Below the pieces are notes generated by a model. That model worked only from the letters and a program-made list of their open reading frames with translations. It did no database searches and had not been told where the DNA came from. Below, piece after piece: positions 1-13,889 of a DNA stretch of 64,000 nucleotides (position 1 is its first letter; every line of letters starts with the position of its first letter). Location of the stretch: contig OZ249439.1 in the NCBI GenBank assembly GCA_965235115.1, positions 18,662,001-18,726,000 on the forward strand, in the 5' to 3' direction. The DNA comes from Laetmonice hystrix (Eukaryota). Made by a program: the position numbers and the translations under genes.

Positions 1-2258
1 ACTGAGAACCCCTATGCTTTCCTACTGTAATCAAACCCCTCTGTTTATACCCAGCTGGTCAGTATTTGCTGGGGTCTGGTCAGCTTGACAACCCGTGCTG
101 GACCCCCAACAGACGCACTCGGGGTTAAAAGGGATGGCACTGGGAGAGATTCCGGGAACAGCGGGAGGATCTGGATCTCTCATCGCCAAGGTCATCAGTC
201 AGGCGGGCTTCCAACGGTCCCCTAATGTTTCACCCTGACACCAGGGGCAGCACTGGAAGCAGGTTTTTACTCCTCGTCAATATAGCGAGGTCGGGTAATA
301 ATTTTCATGGGAATACATTAAGTTTCTCTGAAAAGCCACGTGGTTACTTGAGTATACATAACATGAGACCGTTTTAGTGTTCTCATTTACCGGGACGGCC
401 TTTATTAACACGGCGGAGAACTCGCAGACACTCTCAGCCGGCTTGAGGGCATTATGATTGGCGAGAATGGGGTCATTGATGGCGGAGAGAATCCCAAGTA
501 CACAGCAGGGCTGGTGGTCATTATGGTCAACACTAACCATTTGTTTGGAGTGCTTCAGTTCTGTTTTTACTGCAGACCAGGACGTCATTAAATACTCGCC
601 ACTGGAGCTCGTAATGAGTTCAGCAGCATGGAATTGATTTGTTGCAGACTCAACTCTTTTGAGCTTACTTCATCAGCCTAAATAAGGCCTGGTGGTTACT
701 ATGACACATAATATGTTGACGTTCCTTGACTGGTCGTGTGTTTGAAGTTTCTCTGACGATGAAAAACGAATTTCTCATTACTAAATATTATTTTATCATA
801 TGTTTGTTACCCTTCTCCATATCCGATGTAATTTGTCACGTGTCTAACATCAGCCATACTCCCAGTGTGGTCTGTTATGAAGGCTTAGGGTGCAAAAAGG
901 ATGGGAGAGGTCCAGACCTTCTCACTCTCAGGGTCCTAGATTTCCAGGTTGAAACCTAGAAGTTTACAAAAACAGTAATCCTGTTTTAATGTAGTCAAGT
1001 AAGAAAATGTACTGCCAAATACAATGCGTACAGCAAGCAGGTTTTTACGTATACTGATAAATCAGACTAACAGTCCTGACTTTTCCCAGCCGTTTCAATA
1101 TTTCACCTAGTCAGTGCTGAGGAAAGTCGACGCAGCTAATACCACGATTCGGCTCACAGATTTGTGCAGGACGTATAATTTTGGCCAAGGTTGAAATACG
1201 TTGTTCGTGAATTATAACAATGAGTTTCCGTAGTGTAAAGTCAATGGACAGATTGTGAACACAGCAGTTGTTGGTATTGGTACTCATACTTGTCCTTGCC
1301 TATAATTACCAGACATGTCTCAGTGTAATTCAGAAACTGGGAATGGAGCGTGATTCCATATTAAAGGGTGGGCTATAGAGAGCTGAACTTAGTAGTTTTC
1401 CGATTTGTCCTTGATGGTTGGGCAACTCTAGACAATGATTATCTTATTTTGCTACAATGGAGAAATGATGTGTGTGTGTAAATTACAGACAACAGATATT
1501 GTCCCTGCCTAAGTGCCAGCCGTGGCCCGGAGGCAGTCCTGTTTACGTATTACAAAATCGCATTACAGTTGAATAACATCCTCAGACAGCCCCTTCCACA
1601 GTAGGCAGACAATTATCACAGTTTCTACATTGAGCTACCAAATCGACTGCAAGATTCCTATTCTGATTATACAGACTAGATTATATGATATTGATTACTG
1701 ACAGTTGAAGCGTGCTGCCACCGTCCTGCTGAACAAACCACCAACCCTTCAAGATGATTTAGCTGCCATGAAAATGAGTTGTTGGTGTTGAGTGTTGCGG
1801 CACAAATTGACCGGCCAAATGAGAGGCAATCAATGGTAGATTTACCGTGGGACATGTGTCTTGTGAAGCCAAGTCAATGTGGTTCCTTACCTGTCAACGA
1901 CTGCCGCTATCCAAGCCTGGGTGGCTCCGAGGTTGTCGTGAACCCGTCAGGCGGAAATCAAAGACTTAACTTTTCCCAACCATGAGGACGAGGTCTCCCG
2001 ATAACCAGTGGACCTTACGTTTGGTGGAGGAGAGTGAAAGAATCAAAAAAAGTATGTGTGTTTCACTTAGTTCACAGTGACAAACTTGTGACGGGAGTGA
2101 CTCGTATATGAATGGGGTATTCCGTCAATGTGTTTTCCAGTCTGACTGTGTTGGGGGCGTCAGTAGCTGTAAGTATTAGAACATGATGACACCAGGGTAC
2201 CGCGCTCCCCAACGGGTATCATTCGTCCCCGAACTAAGGCATTGAAAGCGGAGTTCGA

Positions 2259-2320
2259 GTCTGTTCAACTAACGAGTATAGAATAATATAGATTATTCTA
2301 TACTCGTTGGTTCAACGGAC
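2259..2320. other. Near-perfect inverted repeat (hairpin or cruciform), 29-bp stem with 4-nt loop
   Basis: 2259-2287 pairs with 2292-2320: 26 Watson-Crick pairs, 2 T-G wobbles and 1 C-C mismatch, with loop ATAG. Confidence 0.9.
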
Positions 2321-5300
2321 AGATACCGCAGTCAGATAACTAACGATGGTCTCAAGTTGGGTGATTCCCCGACTGTCTGAGGCCAATCAATCCAGTCCAC
2401 GTCACAACAACCCAGTGGCCTCTCAACAACCCAGCCGGCCTCAACACATCGGCCTTTCGTAAACACCCTTCGTCAAACCAAAAGATATATACCACCAGAA
2501 AAAAATATTGGTCAAATTCTCATGGGTCACAAATAGGGTAAAATAGTGAAAAAGTGAAATTCATGGGACAAATGATTATAAAGGGACATGATTTATTACT
2601 AATATAATACCTCCTTCTATTGGTTACGACATGAGACCAGATGGACACACTTAACACGAGACATGAATCTTCCATACCGTATTGTATGAAAGATTTATGG
2701 AAGTAATTAGGTCCAGAAGTGTCAATAACATAATAATTAAAAAAAAGGGATGTGACTGTAATTACAAGGGAAGAAAAAAATGCAGGGAGTGCAGTGTTGG
2801 AGGGATAGCTATCTTGGTGCCAGGGGACTGAGTTATAGGAGTACGAAGACATCACTGACACAGGTTGGAACGGATTCATTTCCTGGCAGACATCATAAAG
2901 TGGATGTGTTGAGGGATTTGACTGGGTTGTAATACCCCAGTCTCGTGTTACCAAAGGCAAGGCCACCACTGCCACATGTTTGGGAGGGGGCACTGGGCCG
3001 GTAATAAAGTCTTGATGTGTGTCTGTGGTAAGATGTCTTTTGTACGTTAGAAACATGATTGAATCTGTGAGATGGAGACATGATTTAATAAATAAAAGCT
3101 ATCGAGCATGCAGTTAAAGGAGAGGACAACTGGCGAAGAGCAGTTTTTGGTAGGTGAAATGGAAGACCGGTAATTCCTAACGTGGTTAGTTGTACGCCCG
3201 GGCACCACCGCACAACAGTCGAGGACAGCTTCTTAGGGGGTCGTTCAGATCCACATAATATTCACTCATTGCGTTCGTGGTGATGGCAGGAGCAAACGTT
3301 GAGGATGATTACCAGCAATAGTTTTAGCAGTGGTCTTTGATTGTCTGAGTCTTAGATTAATTACTCTGAACGGTTTCTCATCACGACTACCAGACCGCCG
3401 TGAACAGAGCGTTCATCACTTGAACCAGTCTCGACACTGTGCGTGGCAGAGATTGTACGAACAATGAGACCCAGCCAGTTGTTCTCCACCCAAACAGGCC
3501 CGGATCGGTGCCGTATCAAACAGTCAAAGAAAGGCGGCCCGTTAGAGGTCGGCCTTGTGGATTCCTGCCATGCGTGGATATGGGGAAAATCTGGTCGGCA
3601 CAGCTGGAATTAAAATGACGGGTGTGGTTCGGCTATATTCTGCAGAGGCGCTGTACAAAAAAACGGCGAGGACGTGGCAGGTTCAGGGGTCTACCAATAC
3701 GCAGATTGCTATGTTGTACCTGCCATGGAAGAAAATGAAGTGTTGGTGTGGTCTGAGCTTGGGCCACTTTTTGTGGCCGAACGTGAGAGCAGGAGCCATT
3801 TCTGTTGGCAGACTGCAGTTAGTTGTGAATGTCAAGGCAGCATAAAGCATGTATGAGGTGGTGCGCGCGTCATATAAGGCGGCCGTACATATGGTTCACA
3901 TGACTGCAAACTGCCTCCTGCACTCTGACCACGCGCACATAAACCATCTCTCTAAGATGCTGCCGTGAAGGGAGCAACATGGAAAAGCTCTCTGCCCAGT
4001 TACTCGTTGTCTATGCCCTACCCTGCCTCGACTGCCCCCGCGTCCAGCCGGCTGACCACTGGTCACCGCCGGTCACCCGGCCAAGCATGCACGGCCGCGT
4101 TCACATGCCGAGGGTCTCATAACGGCCGGGAGAAGAGAAACCATATTGGTAGGACAAAGACCCCTCCTTTACGGGCTGGTGATATTCACAATGATTGGTG
4201 TGATGGACAAACTAACACCAAGTCCTATAAAGTATTACGTATGGACATAATTATCATACCTAAACTTATCCCGAGGGTCATACAAACTCGCACTCAGGGG
4301 TTTCAGACGCGCTGAAAGACTGCCGTACGTCGAGTATGTTCAGAATTACATGAAGGCCCGTACGAAGTGTGCCAGGGGCATATCCTAACTTATTTATCCG
4401 CTAGCAGCACGTGGTCTAACTAGACAATTATATTTAATGTTTTAAAGTAATGTACATCTGGAGTAGATTCTGCCGGAAAGTCCGGAAGAAGTAAGCTGAC
4501 AAAGAAAAACTGACATCCGAAGTGACACTTAATTCGGTGGAGGCGAGCAGTATTCGTGTGGCCCCATGGGGTTGGGGCGCAGTGGGTGTCGTCCTCTCTC
4601 ACTAGGGATCAGAATACGCCTGGACTGATGACGTCCCAACCATGTTGTTCACTGCTATATGACAAAGAGCACGTCTAAACGGAGATGACGATCTCTAAAC
4701 TGGTGTGACGGGCCATGCACAGGGTTGAACCCAGGTGTCAAAAGCCAGTTTGATGGTTTCCAGGTCTGCGTAATGAGTAAGTTCTTCTCTGAATTTGAGA
4801 CTTTGGCGGGATGGAAGGCAGGCTCTCTGCAGCCTCACGCCCTGCCTCCTTCAATAAAAACACCAACTGCCATCATCTTCATTTTACAATGTCAGGAAAA
4901 AGGGCGTTAAGGTCGATGGGCTGTTAAAAGGGACCTGATTGGAATGGCTACGTTTTTGTGCTGGCGGTGGGCTGATGAAAATGTGCAGGTAGTTCTGGTC
5001 TGAAATTTCCGTCTATATTGTTGTCATCCATCAGAGGTTTGTTGTGGAGGCTAAGTCAGCGCCATGGAATGCTCACCTGGAACGTACGCCTTGGGAGATT
5101 GCAACATGCTGTTGACAGATGGCGCCACGGTTGCCGCTGAGGCTGTTTAGTCATACATCATTACCAGACTTATAAACATCCCTGGCCATCTTACGTGCCA
5201 TTGCGAACAGCAGGCAAAGGCCCAGGGGTTCGACTTACCGATAGCGGGGGCCAACTCGGTCATGCTAGTTGCTGATTTGAAACACACCCAGCGCCCTTCC

Positions 5301-8300
5301 TGGTATCGGTAAAACAATGGTTGGAGGATCCCGAGAGGTGTACCCTAGCGGTATACCGAGTACCAGTCCTGCTGGGTTGATGTAATTCGAGTCCCCACTG
5401 ACAACTCTGGGCGATGTAGTTAAGGTTAGGGTTAATTTATCACTATCTGATATCTAAAGGTCGGTCCCGGCAGGTGGGTATCAAGAATATCGAAGAGTCT
5501 GAATACTGATCCATGCTCCACAACTCGACCTTTGTCCAAACCCTCTAGACCCGCAGAATGAGGTGGCAACTGGGACAGGCCCGCCTTTCAAAATGGTTTT
5601 TATTTCTCATGTAGTGATCCTGAGGAATGGGCCTGTCTCCATTTTTGAATTCAAAGGGATTTATTTCCCGACAGAGGTTTCGTTATATCTGACACTGCAG
5701 TTTGGAGAAAGTGGCGGTGACAGCCATGGAATATTTCCCGACATGTTTGACGGAGGGAGATGGTAGCAGAACTCGATGCCAGCATACACCGCCGGGTCAG
5801 TCGGGGAGCAGGATTCTCGCCCGGTGGCCAGTGTCGAGTATTTCCGTCCTGTTTATTTTCACAAGCACCTGATGGCCATTTCGGCGTGGCGCCCCTGTCG
5901 GAGCAGCTGTGAAGGACATCGGCGGGCTGATGGAAGGTCATGGGATGAGGCAGCTGCCGGCGACATCAGAGCGTCCCCCGCGCTCCGCCAGGTTATGGGC
6001 ACAGGGTAAACAGCCCCCGCTGTAATAAAGGTGTAATGCCCTCTCCGAGGGACGCTCTTCAAGGCACCCTAAAACTCGGGAAGGGGTAACTATGCATGTG
6101 CAGATGCCATTTGAGAAACCTGGAGTGTTTCTCCCAACATCCACAGATCAGGTCCGCCAGATGTCGCTGTGTGATCCTCACCACCCAGAGTCTGGGGGGA
6201 TTGCCGAGTACCTCATTTTATCCTGTTTATTGGATCCTGGTGCCACCCTCGCATCTTTTCATGTTTTTAATGCCCATTTTTTTAGATGGGCCTAGTCCCA
6301 GAATTTCATCAAAGAAGTAATGGAAAGGATGTCAAAAAGTCGAGGTGCCAATCATTAAAAACGAGTAACAGGAAAAAGAGATCAAAAGGTAAATTGGACT
6401 TGGTTGTCCCATTGTGTCAGCGGCCGGTTTCATCCAATCGCGTTCAGGTCGAACGGGGTGTGATAGGCAGGTGCGGAGGAAATTTTAATAAGCGCTAATA
6501 TAATTTCGACAAACGGTACAGGAGCCTTCAACTTGGTCCTGTCAAGAATGACAAAACGAGGTACTGTGACCAGTATACTGGAATCTTTGCATTGTTAACG
6601 GCAGATCGGACAGCTCGGAGTCGGTGCTGCCTGGCCCTGATCCGGGCCGGGTGCTGTCACAGCCCAGTAAGCCGTCAGTATCCCGACTAAAGTCCCAATG
6701 AAGACGGCAGATTACAGTCACCTCGGGACGGGACGTCACCAGTTGACAGGACCCGTGCCACGGAATGGACCCGACAATCTCCTGATCAAGCTTCAAACCA
6801 CCTGTATTTATAAGGAAGAGTGCACTGGGTCATTGTGTTAATGTAATTTACAGTAGAAAGCCTAGAGGACTGAGTGGCCCGCCTCATGTTAGTTGAGTCC
6901 GTCAGAATGCTGTAGGTGCTGTAGATCTGATAGCATGAGGCGGGAAAACTGACTCAGTGCTGACTGACACGGTTTGGGACTCAGTGGCCGACAAACGTGA
7001 AAGGGGCGGACGGTTGTACTCAGAGGGGTAGGAATTACGGGCATCGTCGGGTAATCGCCACTAATCCCACAGTCACCCCCTGCAGCGACCCGCTATGGTC
7101 CTTTTAGTTCGTGAAAAACGGTGCCAGCCAAGAAAATACCCTAAAATCATGGCAACACCCGTAGCTAAGAATGCGTTGGAGGCAGTGGGCTACAGATGAA
7201 GCGAGGCCTATTGTTTTAAAACCATTAGAAGCCTGTTTCGTATCTTCGATTCCAATTTGGATTCTGGTTTGCATGTGAGGAAGACATTGACATGATAGAT
7301 TAGGTTAGAGAGGGTATCCTTGGGGATGGTGTGATGCAGCATTTCATCAAAACATCACTACATTTAGTTTGTGAAAATAGGCTTGTTCTGTACTCGGCCG
7401 TGTAAATCTCTGTAAGTACCATGTTATAGATCTCTTGTATTGGTACTGTTTTATTTTACTTTGTCACGTTACTTCAGTAGGATCGGGTGATAGTGGCATT
7501 CCTTTGGGTCAGTTGAGTGGGAAATAAAAAATTTGTCATCTTCCAGATTTAGGAAATGAGCTCATTTCTGCCCATCTCGTGACACTCATCAGGTTTGGTA
7601 ATCAAGAATACTTGCGAAGCCTTGCGACTATTGCACTGAGATTACAGATTACTGATTGCTTACAGACACATACTTGAAGTGTTCAATTAGTTATCGGATC
7701 CACATCCTCACGTGAGCAATTGGGAGGTTAGAGAGTGGTATTTATATCCAGTAGGTTTGCCCTTTCTTGGAGTTGATACTGTATCTAATTGATAGCATCC
7801 TGTGAGGTTCAGTACCCATAGATGAGGCCGTGGATTTAATATGCCTTCTTAAGTACGTGTTTAACCCTGCGTGGAAAATTTACACCCAAATCAATTATCT
7901 TGGTTGTCCCAGGCAACGTGACTGGGCAGAGGTCAGGCGTATTGTCCCGGAGTGGAAGCTAATCTCTCAGCACGCACCCAATATACATTAACACCTGTGC
8001 TCAGATATGAACTAGATGCCCATTTAATACCGCTCCCCACCCCTGCTCAATACATTCTTTGAAAAAAAGGACGGTGAATTATTAAAGGCACAGTTGCTGT
8101 ATCTCAGCTGCTGGGGTTTGTGGCAGACATTTGGTGGCCTTTCTATACGTGGTTCGCTGCAGTGAGAAACGGGGTAAAGTGACGTTTGCCACAGTAAATG
8201 TGCTAACGTCACTCAAACTGCGGCTGCCATGTAATTAGAGTAATTAGAGTAGGTTTGTACGGAATGCTGAATGCCAGAATGTCGAATTTATAGTGGTTGC

Positions 8301-9805
8301 CGACTGACACATTGTCCCAAAGGCAATGGTCTCAAATATGAAGAGTGAAATCAAATAAATAGCCACCATAACAAAGCTGATGTACGAAGTTTTAACCCCC
8401 CCCCCCCCCGAAAAAAAGAGAGAGGGAGAGAGAGGAGACATGAAAGGTCTAGCAATAGTGGTTTGGCTGTAGTGATCAGTGGCCGAAAGTGGTTGTTCCT
8501 GACCTAGGTTGAGGGCATTTACCCCCGGCCGTGTGATGCCGTCCCAAGGACCCCCTGCATGGTTTTAATGGAGTGGGGTTGAAACCCCATCACGATCAGA
8601 GGGGGCTGGTCGGTCTGCTATAACGTTACTAACAGGTGATTCGGACCTGCTATGAGCAACCGTAGACAGTTGTTACAAGTGACCTCCGGCCTCCCTCCTC
8701 CAGATCGGTACAGAGAGGCTGGCAGTCGATGACCTGTCGTTAAGCTCCTGCTGTTAGCGCCAGACAAAGACAGAAAGTAATAGTCAGTGATGGCTGTCCA
8801 GTTATGTCGTAATCAGACGGTTCGGTCGACGTGGACGGAGGGAAATACACTTCGATGGCAAACGGTGAATTTTTACTTGTTTTTTGTTTTCTAGAAAATA
8901 AATGTTTCAATGGGTGGTACGCCGAGATCAGCCATGACTCCAGCCTTCAAATAAACTACAAAACATGAACATTGTCCAGATCTGGCAGGCCTGGAGGCTG
9001 ATGTCTTCATCAAAGGATGTACTCGTGTAATGATAGAGATGACCTGGAGGAGGTTGTCCCGACGCCGGGTATTCAGTTAACGATGCCCCCGAGAAAACCT
9101 ATTTGAAGAAGAGGAGAAGTTTCGGTTCATCTAGAGTTGGTGCTGATGGATGTGACCGGTTGAGGATGTGACGTGTGGTCATTGCGTGGCCGGAGCCAGC
9201 CAGGCGTCGGGTCCGGCCGGGTCACACGGATCCCACTTGTGGCTAGTCGGTTCATGATCCACACTGACGCCGCCAACCACCGGTCACTGGGGACACTTAG
9301 AGACGCTGACAGGACGCCGCCCCACGGCAGACCGGCGCCAGACTCACGGCTACAGGCAATCCAAGGCCAAGGTTCCTCGGCCGGCCGGCTCAGGCCAAAC
9401 CCTCCCTCCCTCCCGACTGTACGTTTTAGGTCGGCTTCTTCATGGAAGTCCGCATGCCGACTAGTAATGGAGGTTGTTCTGTATAACAAACCTGGCTGAC
9501 AAACCTCACTCCAATATCAACTGAGCATGCACCTGTAGCTGATTGATGGGGCTGTGGGATGATAATAGCTTTTCAAGTGGACAAGCTTAAACTTGATCCT
9601 GGAAGGTCTCTTGGTGTAAGTTTCTGTTACCAGCAAAGATCATGTGTATAAAGATGACCATTGAACGTGCAAGGGCACTTAGCAATGACACTGATTTTCG
9701 GAGAAACCAACAGAAGCCACATTTGAGTAAATTTCATTCCGTCAGGAATCAGGCACTGAGAAATGAACCTTGGAAGTTATGTGGGAAATATTTGAGCATG
9801 TTGTG

Positions 9806-9815
9806 TGATTGACAG
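9806..9815 (+). promoter_or_regulatory. PBX-MEIS/PREP decamer TGATTGACAG
   Basis: Exact match; one of four in the window. Confidence 0.4.
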
Positions 9816-12800
9816 TGGCGTACTGTGTAGGCAGTGAGTACTGTTGTAGTTGGCCCCTTCAGTGATATGTACTGACCGGCTCGGCAGTTAGCCATCTGGG
9901 AAACGCGTTGTTTTTGCTGCACCCCGGGCTTGGCTCCAGCCTCTGTGGGGCCCCGTCCCTGTGTTTAGGCTGGAGAGGGGCAGCTGGCATGTCGGATCAG
10001 TGAAACTTGGGTCTCCAGTCCACGGGCCCGGGAAGATGGGGCAATCGTCTACACCTTGGGCGTCAGTAGGGCATCTGGGGGTTGTTAACAACAAATGGAC
10101 GAGGGTTCAGAACATCACAAAAGTAGGTGCTGCCCCCACATGGCAAATATTGACCTGAAAATGGTCAGATTATCACGTCCATAATGCCATGGCACTGCAG
10201 ACTAATCCTACCCATGTGGATGAGTGTACAGTTGCATGTTATCCCAAGTAGGATGAGACAGGTATCTTTCAAGGTGGGAACTCCATAATTCATGGTGTGA
10301 CCCTGTGAACAGGATGTCGATAAGCTTCACTTGTGACCGGTGGAGTTGATCACATGGTCAAGTGCAATTCTTATTACACAGAGGGCTTTTGTTGTCCATC
10401 AGTTTCAGGCTCAGTGACAAAAGGCGGAAAGCATGATTGTGTGACCTTGCTACGAGAATTAGTATAGGTTATCCAACAAAGCTTAGCACAGCATGTTCTT
10501 TTAGGGATTGTGCGCATATAATAGGAGTTCAATCTTGACCATGAACGTACTGTTGTATGTTATTAACCAGACGCTTTTCTTTAATTCCAGATAAACCAGA
10601 ATTGTCCTCTAGAAAGAAAGATAAGAACAAAATCATCCGTACTGTTAATAAGGTGTCGCTGTGTAACTCGGAGTTTGGCTGAGATAACAGTCAACTCTGT
10701 GTAAATATTTGGTTGGATCCGCAAGGATTGATGGTTGCGATACAATGATGTATTGGTGATAGCGAACGCATGTAAATGGGCTTTAAAAGCACGTACAAGA
10801 ATCATAGTTCTAATCTTTACACATTGTCCAGTATTTTCCCTGAAGCGGCTCAAGGTTGAAAACTCCAACCCAAGGTTACACGCTGCCTGGAAATGACGCT
10901 GATGTTGTAAGGCTGATCATGTATGACAGAGTGTATGTAGGGACCCAGACTGTGAGAAGGTCAGGCGGTCGGTATCCTGCCGAGGTGGTAACGAAGGGCC
11001 CCGGGTGACACTCCACAGGGGGCGCTGGCAGACAGCGCTCCGTCTGCAGGCGCCGATTGTTGGGCCTCCCGGGGGCACCCCCCCCCCCCCCCCCCTCCTT
11101 CCTACCCCCGCCCGGGCTTAGACTATAGTGGAAGGTGTAGACAGACTGAAGAATAACACTCCACACCTCTGGCCGGAGAGGAGGTGCATGGATCAGGACA
11201 TGAACAGCTGACGGTGGGAGGGGATCTCAGAGCTCCGAGAGGAGGGGTGCAGGTGGACAAGAGGTTTGGGTGATGGAGACTCGTGGAGATTGTGAACCAC
11301 ACAGTAACAACTTCACGCTAATCCTGGTATCCCGCGCCAGACTACACGTTGGTCTAACCACAGAAATCCTTCACACTCAGAGAACATCAGCTCGCCGCTC
11401 GCGTCATTACACAAAGATGCACCATGTGACCCCCGGGGTAATTGAAGTGGCATCTGCCTCAATATGACTGTCTGGATTTCTGTGTCTCTTCTCAACTAGG
11501 TGGGGAAGATGCGTATGTCTGCTTTCTTTCAAAGTTTTGGCAAAACCAGGACAAGTAGTTGTCAAGCACTACCACTACGTAAATGCCTCAAAGTCTTTCA
11601 TTTCTCCAAGAGCTGAGGATGCTTTGACATGTACGGAGCATGTTCTTGTTTTCACAAGTCGAACAATAAAAACACCTGGCCGTTCTGAGGGCCAGTGGAA
11701 GATTTCACCTGTTGGCCACACCCAGCTGGTACCAATTACACTGTTCTCACTCTGTGGCCTAATTAAATAGAAAGTTTAGAGAAATTCATGATTCAGAGGT
11801 TATCGCGATGTGTTGCATTTCTCCAACTTGCACTTTGTAACCGCAAGAAGTCTGAATTTTATATCAGACTGAAGGAACGTAGAAAGTCAGCATAGAGGGT
11901 GGTCATAAGATCGATGGCAGGTGTGAAGACGGAGCAACGAGTGACAGAGACAGCGAGAACCTAACTAGGTGAAAACTATCCTGCTCTTATCAGATAAAAA
12001 GGACAAGTATTCAAAATGGAATTTGTCGCTCGTCCATGCTTCACGGCATCTTGGCGGTCAGGCAGTGAGGATGGGTTGAGGTAGTAGGGTCGGGTCGGTG
12101 TGCTGAGGGCGGTGGGTTGTGATGTAGACGGGTATGATGAGGTAGGACAGGTGCAGTGTGGTCATCACCTCAGACCCACCCAGCTGGCCGGCTCCCCCGG
12201 CACACGGCCGCCACCCGCCCGGCCCACGGCCACCCAGCACCCAACCAATGTTTCTTTGGTCCGACTGACAAAACTCGGCTATCCTCTCATTAATGTCTGT
12301 CAGAGCAGCAGGCATACCATCAGCTGATACGGGGGAAACTTGTATGGGTCGGGGGGAGTGTGTCAAGGGAAGAGATCCCCTTGACTATTTTCTAAAGTAA
12401 AAGCAACATAACGATTTGAACAAAATGGTGGTCGAACTTTAGGGCAGGGCAGAAACTTTAGGGCAGGAATAAAAGTATAGGTTTGCTCCAGAATGACTGT
12501 ACTTGTTTATGTTGAGCTACTTTTGATCGTCCTGTATTGAAATTGATCGTCCTGTATTGAAATACATGGTACATAATTGTATGACTATGACATCTCATAG
12601 ATGCTATGGTCATCTTATATCACTTCCTCTGTGATGACGTCTCGTACGTTGGTGGGAGTGGAGGGGTGACGGTGAACTCAGAGGTGTGGACTGAGGCCAG
12701 ATGTACTGCCTGCCCCCTGGTGGGAGATACTCGATGCTTTAGATGTGCCTTCATGAGGTCACAGGTCACATAGCCGCAGTTGGAGGTCTGTACATAGCAA

Positions 12801-13030
12801 GTAATATGCCTCGCTGCTTTGACCCTAGGTGGCCATACCCTCTCCTCGCTCCCCAGCTGTTGTTTATAACTACTGCCATCAGTAGGGGCGCTCGGGATGG
12901 TCAGGTAGGAAATCTGTCAACAAGAGTTCTGTACGCTTTTATTACATACACACTCACCCGATCACATAATTATTATTTTGAAAAAAGGATAAAATATGCT
13001 CTGTGTTTTCTTTTGCAACTTCTCTTCCAC

Positions 13031-13889
13031 CACATTCTCTATCTCTGACCGTACCCCTGACATTAAATTATACCCCAGACCTCCTCATAACATATTCTCT
13101 ATCTCTGACCCCTTACACTAAATTATACCCTAGACCTCCTCATAACACATTCTCTATCTCTGACCGTACCCCTGACATTTAATTATACCCCAGACCTCCT
13201 CATAACATATTCTCTATCTCTGACCCCTTACACTAAATTATACCCTAGACCCCCTCATAACACATTCTCTATCTCTGACCGTACCCCTGACATTAAATTA
13301 TACCCCAGACCTCCTCATAACATATTCTCTATCTCTGACCCCTGACATTAAATTATACCCCAGATCTCCTCATAACATATTCTCTATCTCTAACCGTACC
13401 CCTGACATTAAATTATACCCCAGACCTCCTCATAACATATTCTCTATCTCTGACCCCTTACACTAAATTATACCCCAGACCTCCTCATAACATATTCTCT
13501 ATCTCTGACCGTACCCCTGACATTAAATTATACCCCAGACCTCCTCATAACATATTCTCTATCTCTGACCCCTTACACTAAATTATACCCCAGACCTCCT
13601 CATAACATGTTCTCTATCTCTGACCGTACCCCTGACATTAAATTATACCCCAGACCTCCTCATAACATATTCTCTATCTCTGACCCCTTACACTAAATTA
13701 TACCCTAGACCTCCTCATAACATATTCTCTATCTCTAACCGTACCCTTTACACTAAATTATACCCCAGATCTCCCCATAACACATTCTCTATCTCTGACC
13801 GTACCCCTGACATTAAATTATACCCCAGACCTCCTCATAACACATTCTCTATCTCAGACCGTACCCCTTATACTGAATTGTACCCCCAG
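13031..13889. repeat. Minisatellite of alternating 60-bp and 55-bp units (115-bp higher-order repeat)
   Basis: 14 complete units plus a partial one, with lengths 60,55 six times and then 60,60. Core cattctctatctctgacc...aaattataccccagacctcctcataa. Confidence 0.98.

Noticed and set aside
2520-3056. 178-aa minus-strand ORF
   Set aside because: No recognisable domain or splice pattern; an ORF of this length is plausible by chance in 64 kb.
5227-5394. B-box-like GGTTCGA and ATTCGAGTCCC motifs as tRNA or SINE
   Set aside because: No A-box at proper spacing, no cloverleaf, and no second copy found in the window.
13031-13889. Regularly spaced repeats as a CRISPR array
   Set aside because: The units are contiguous near-identical copies with no unique spacers, there are no cas genes, and the context is a eukaryotic intron-exon locus.
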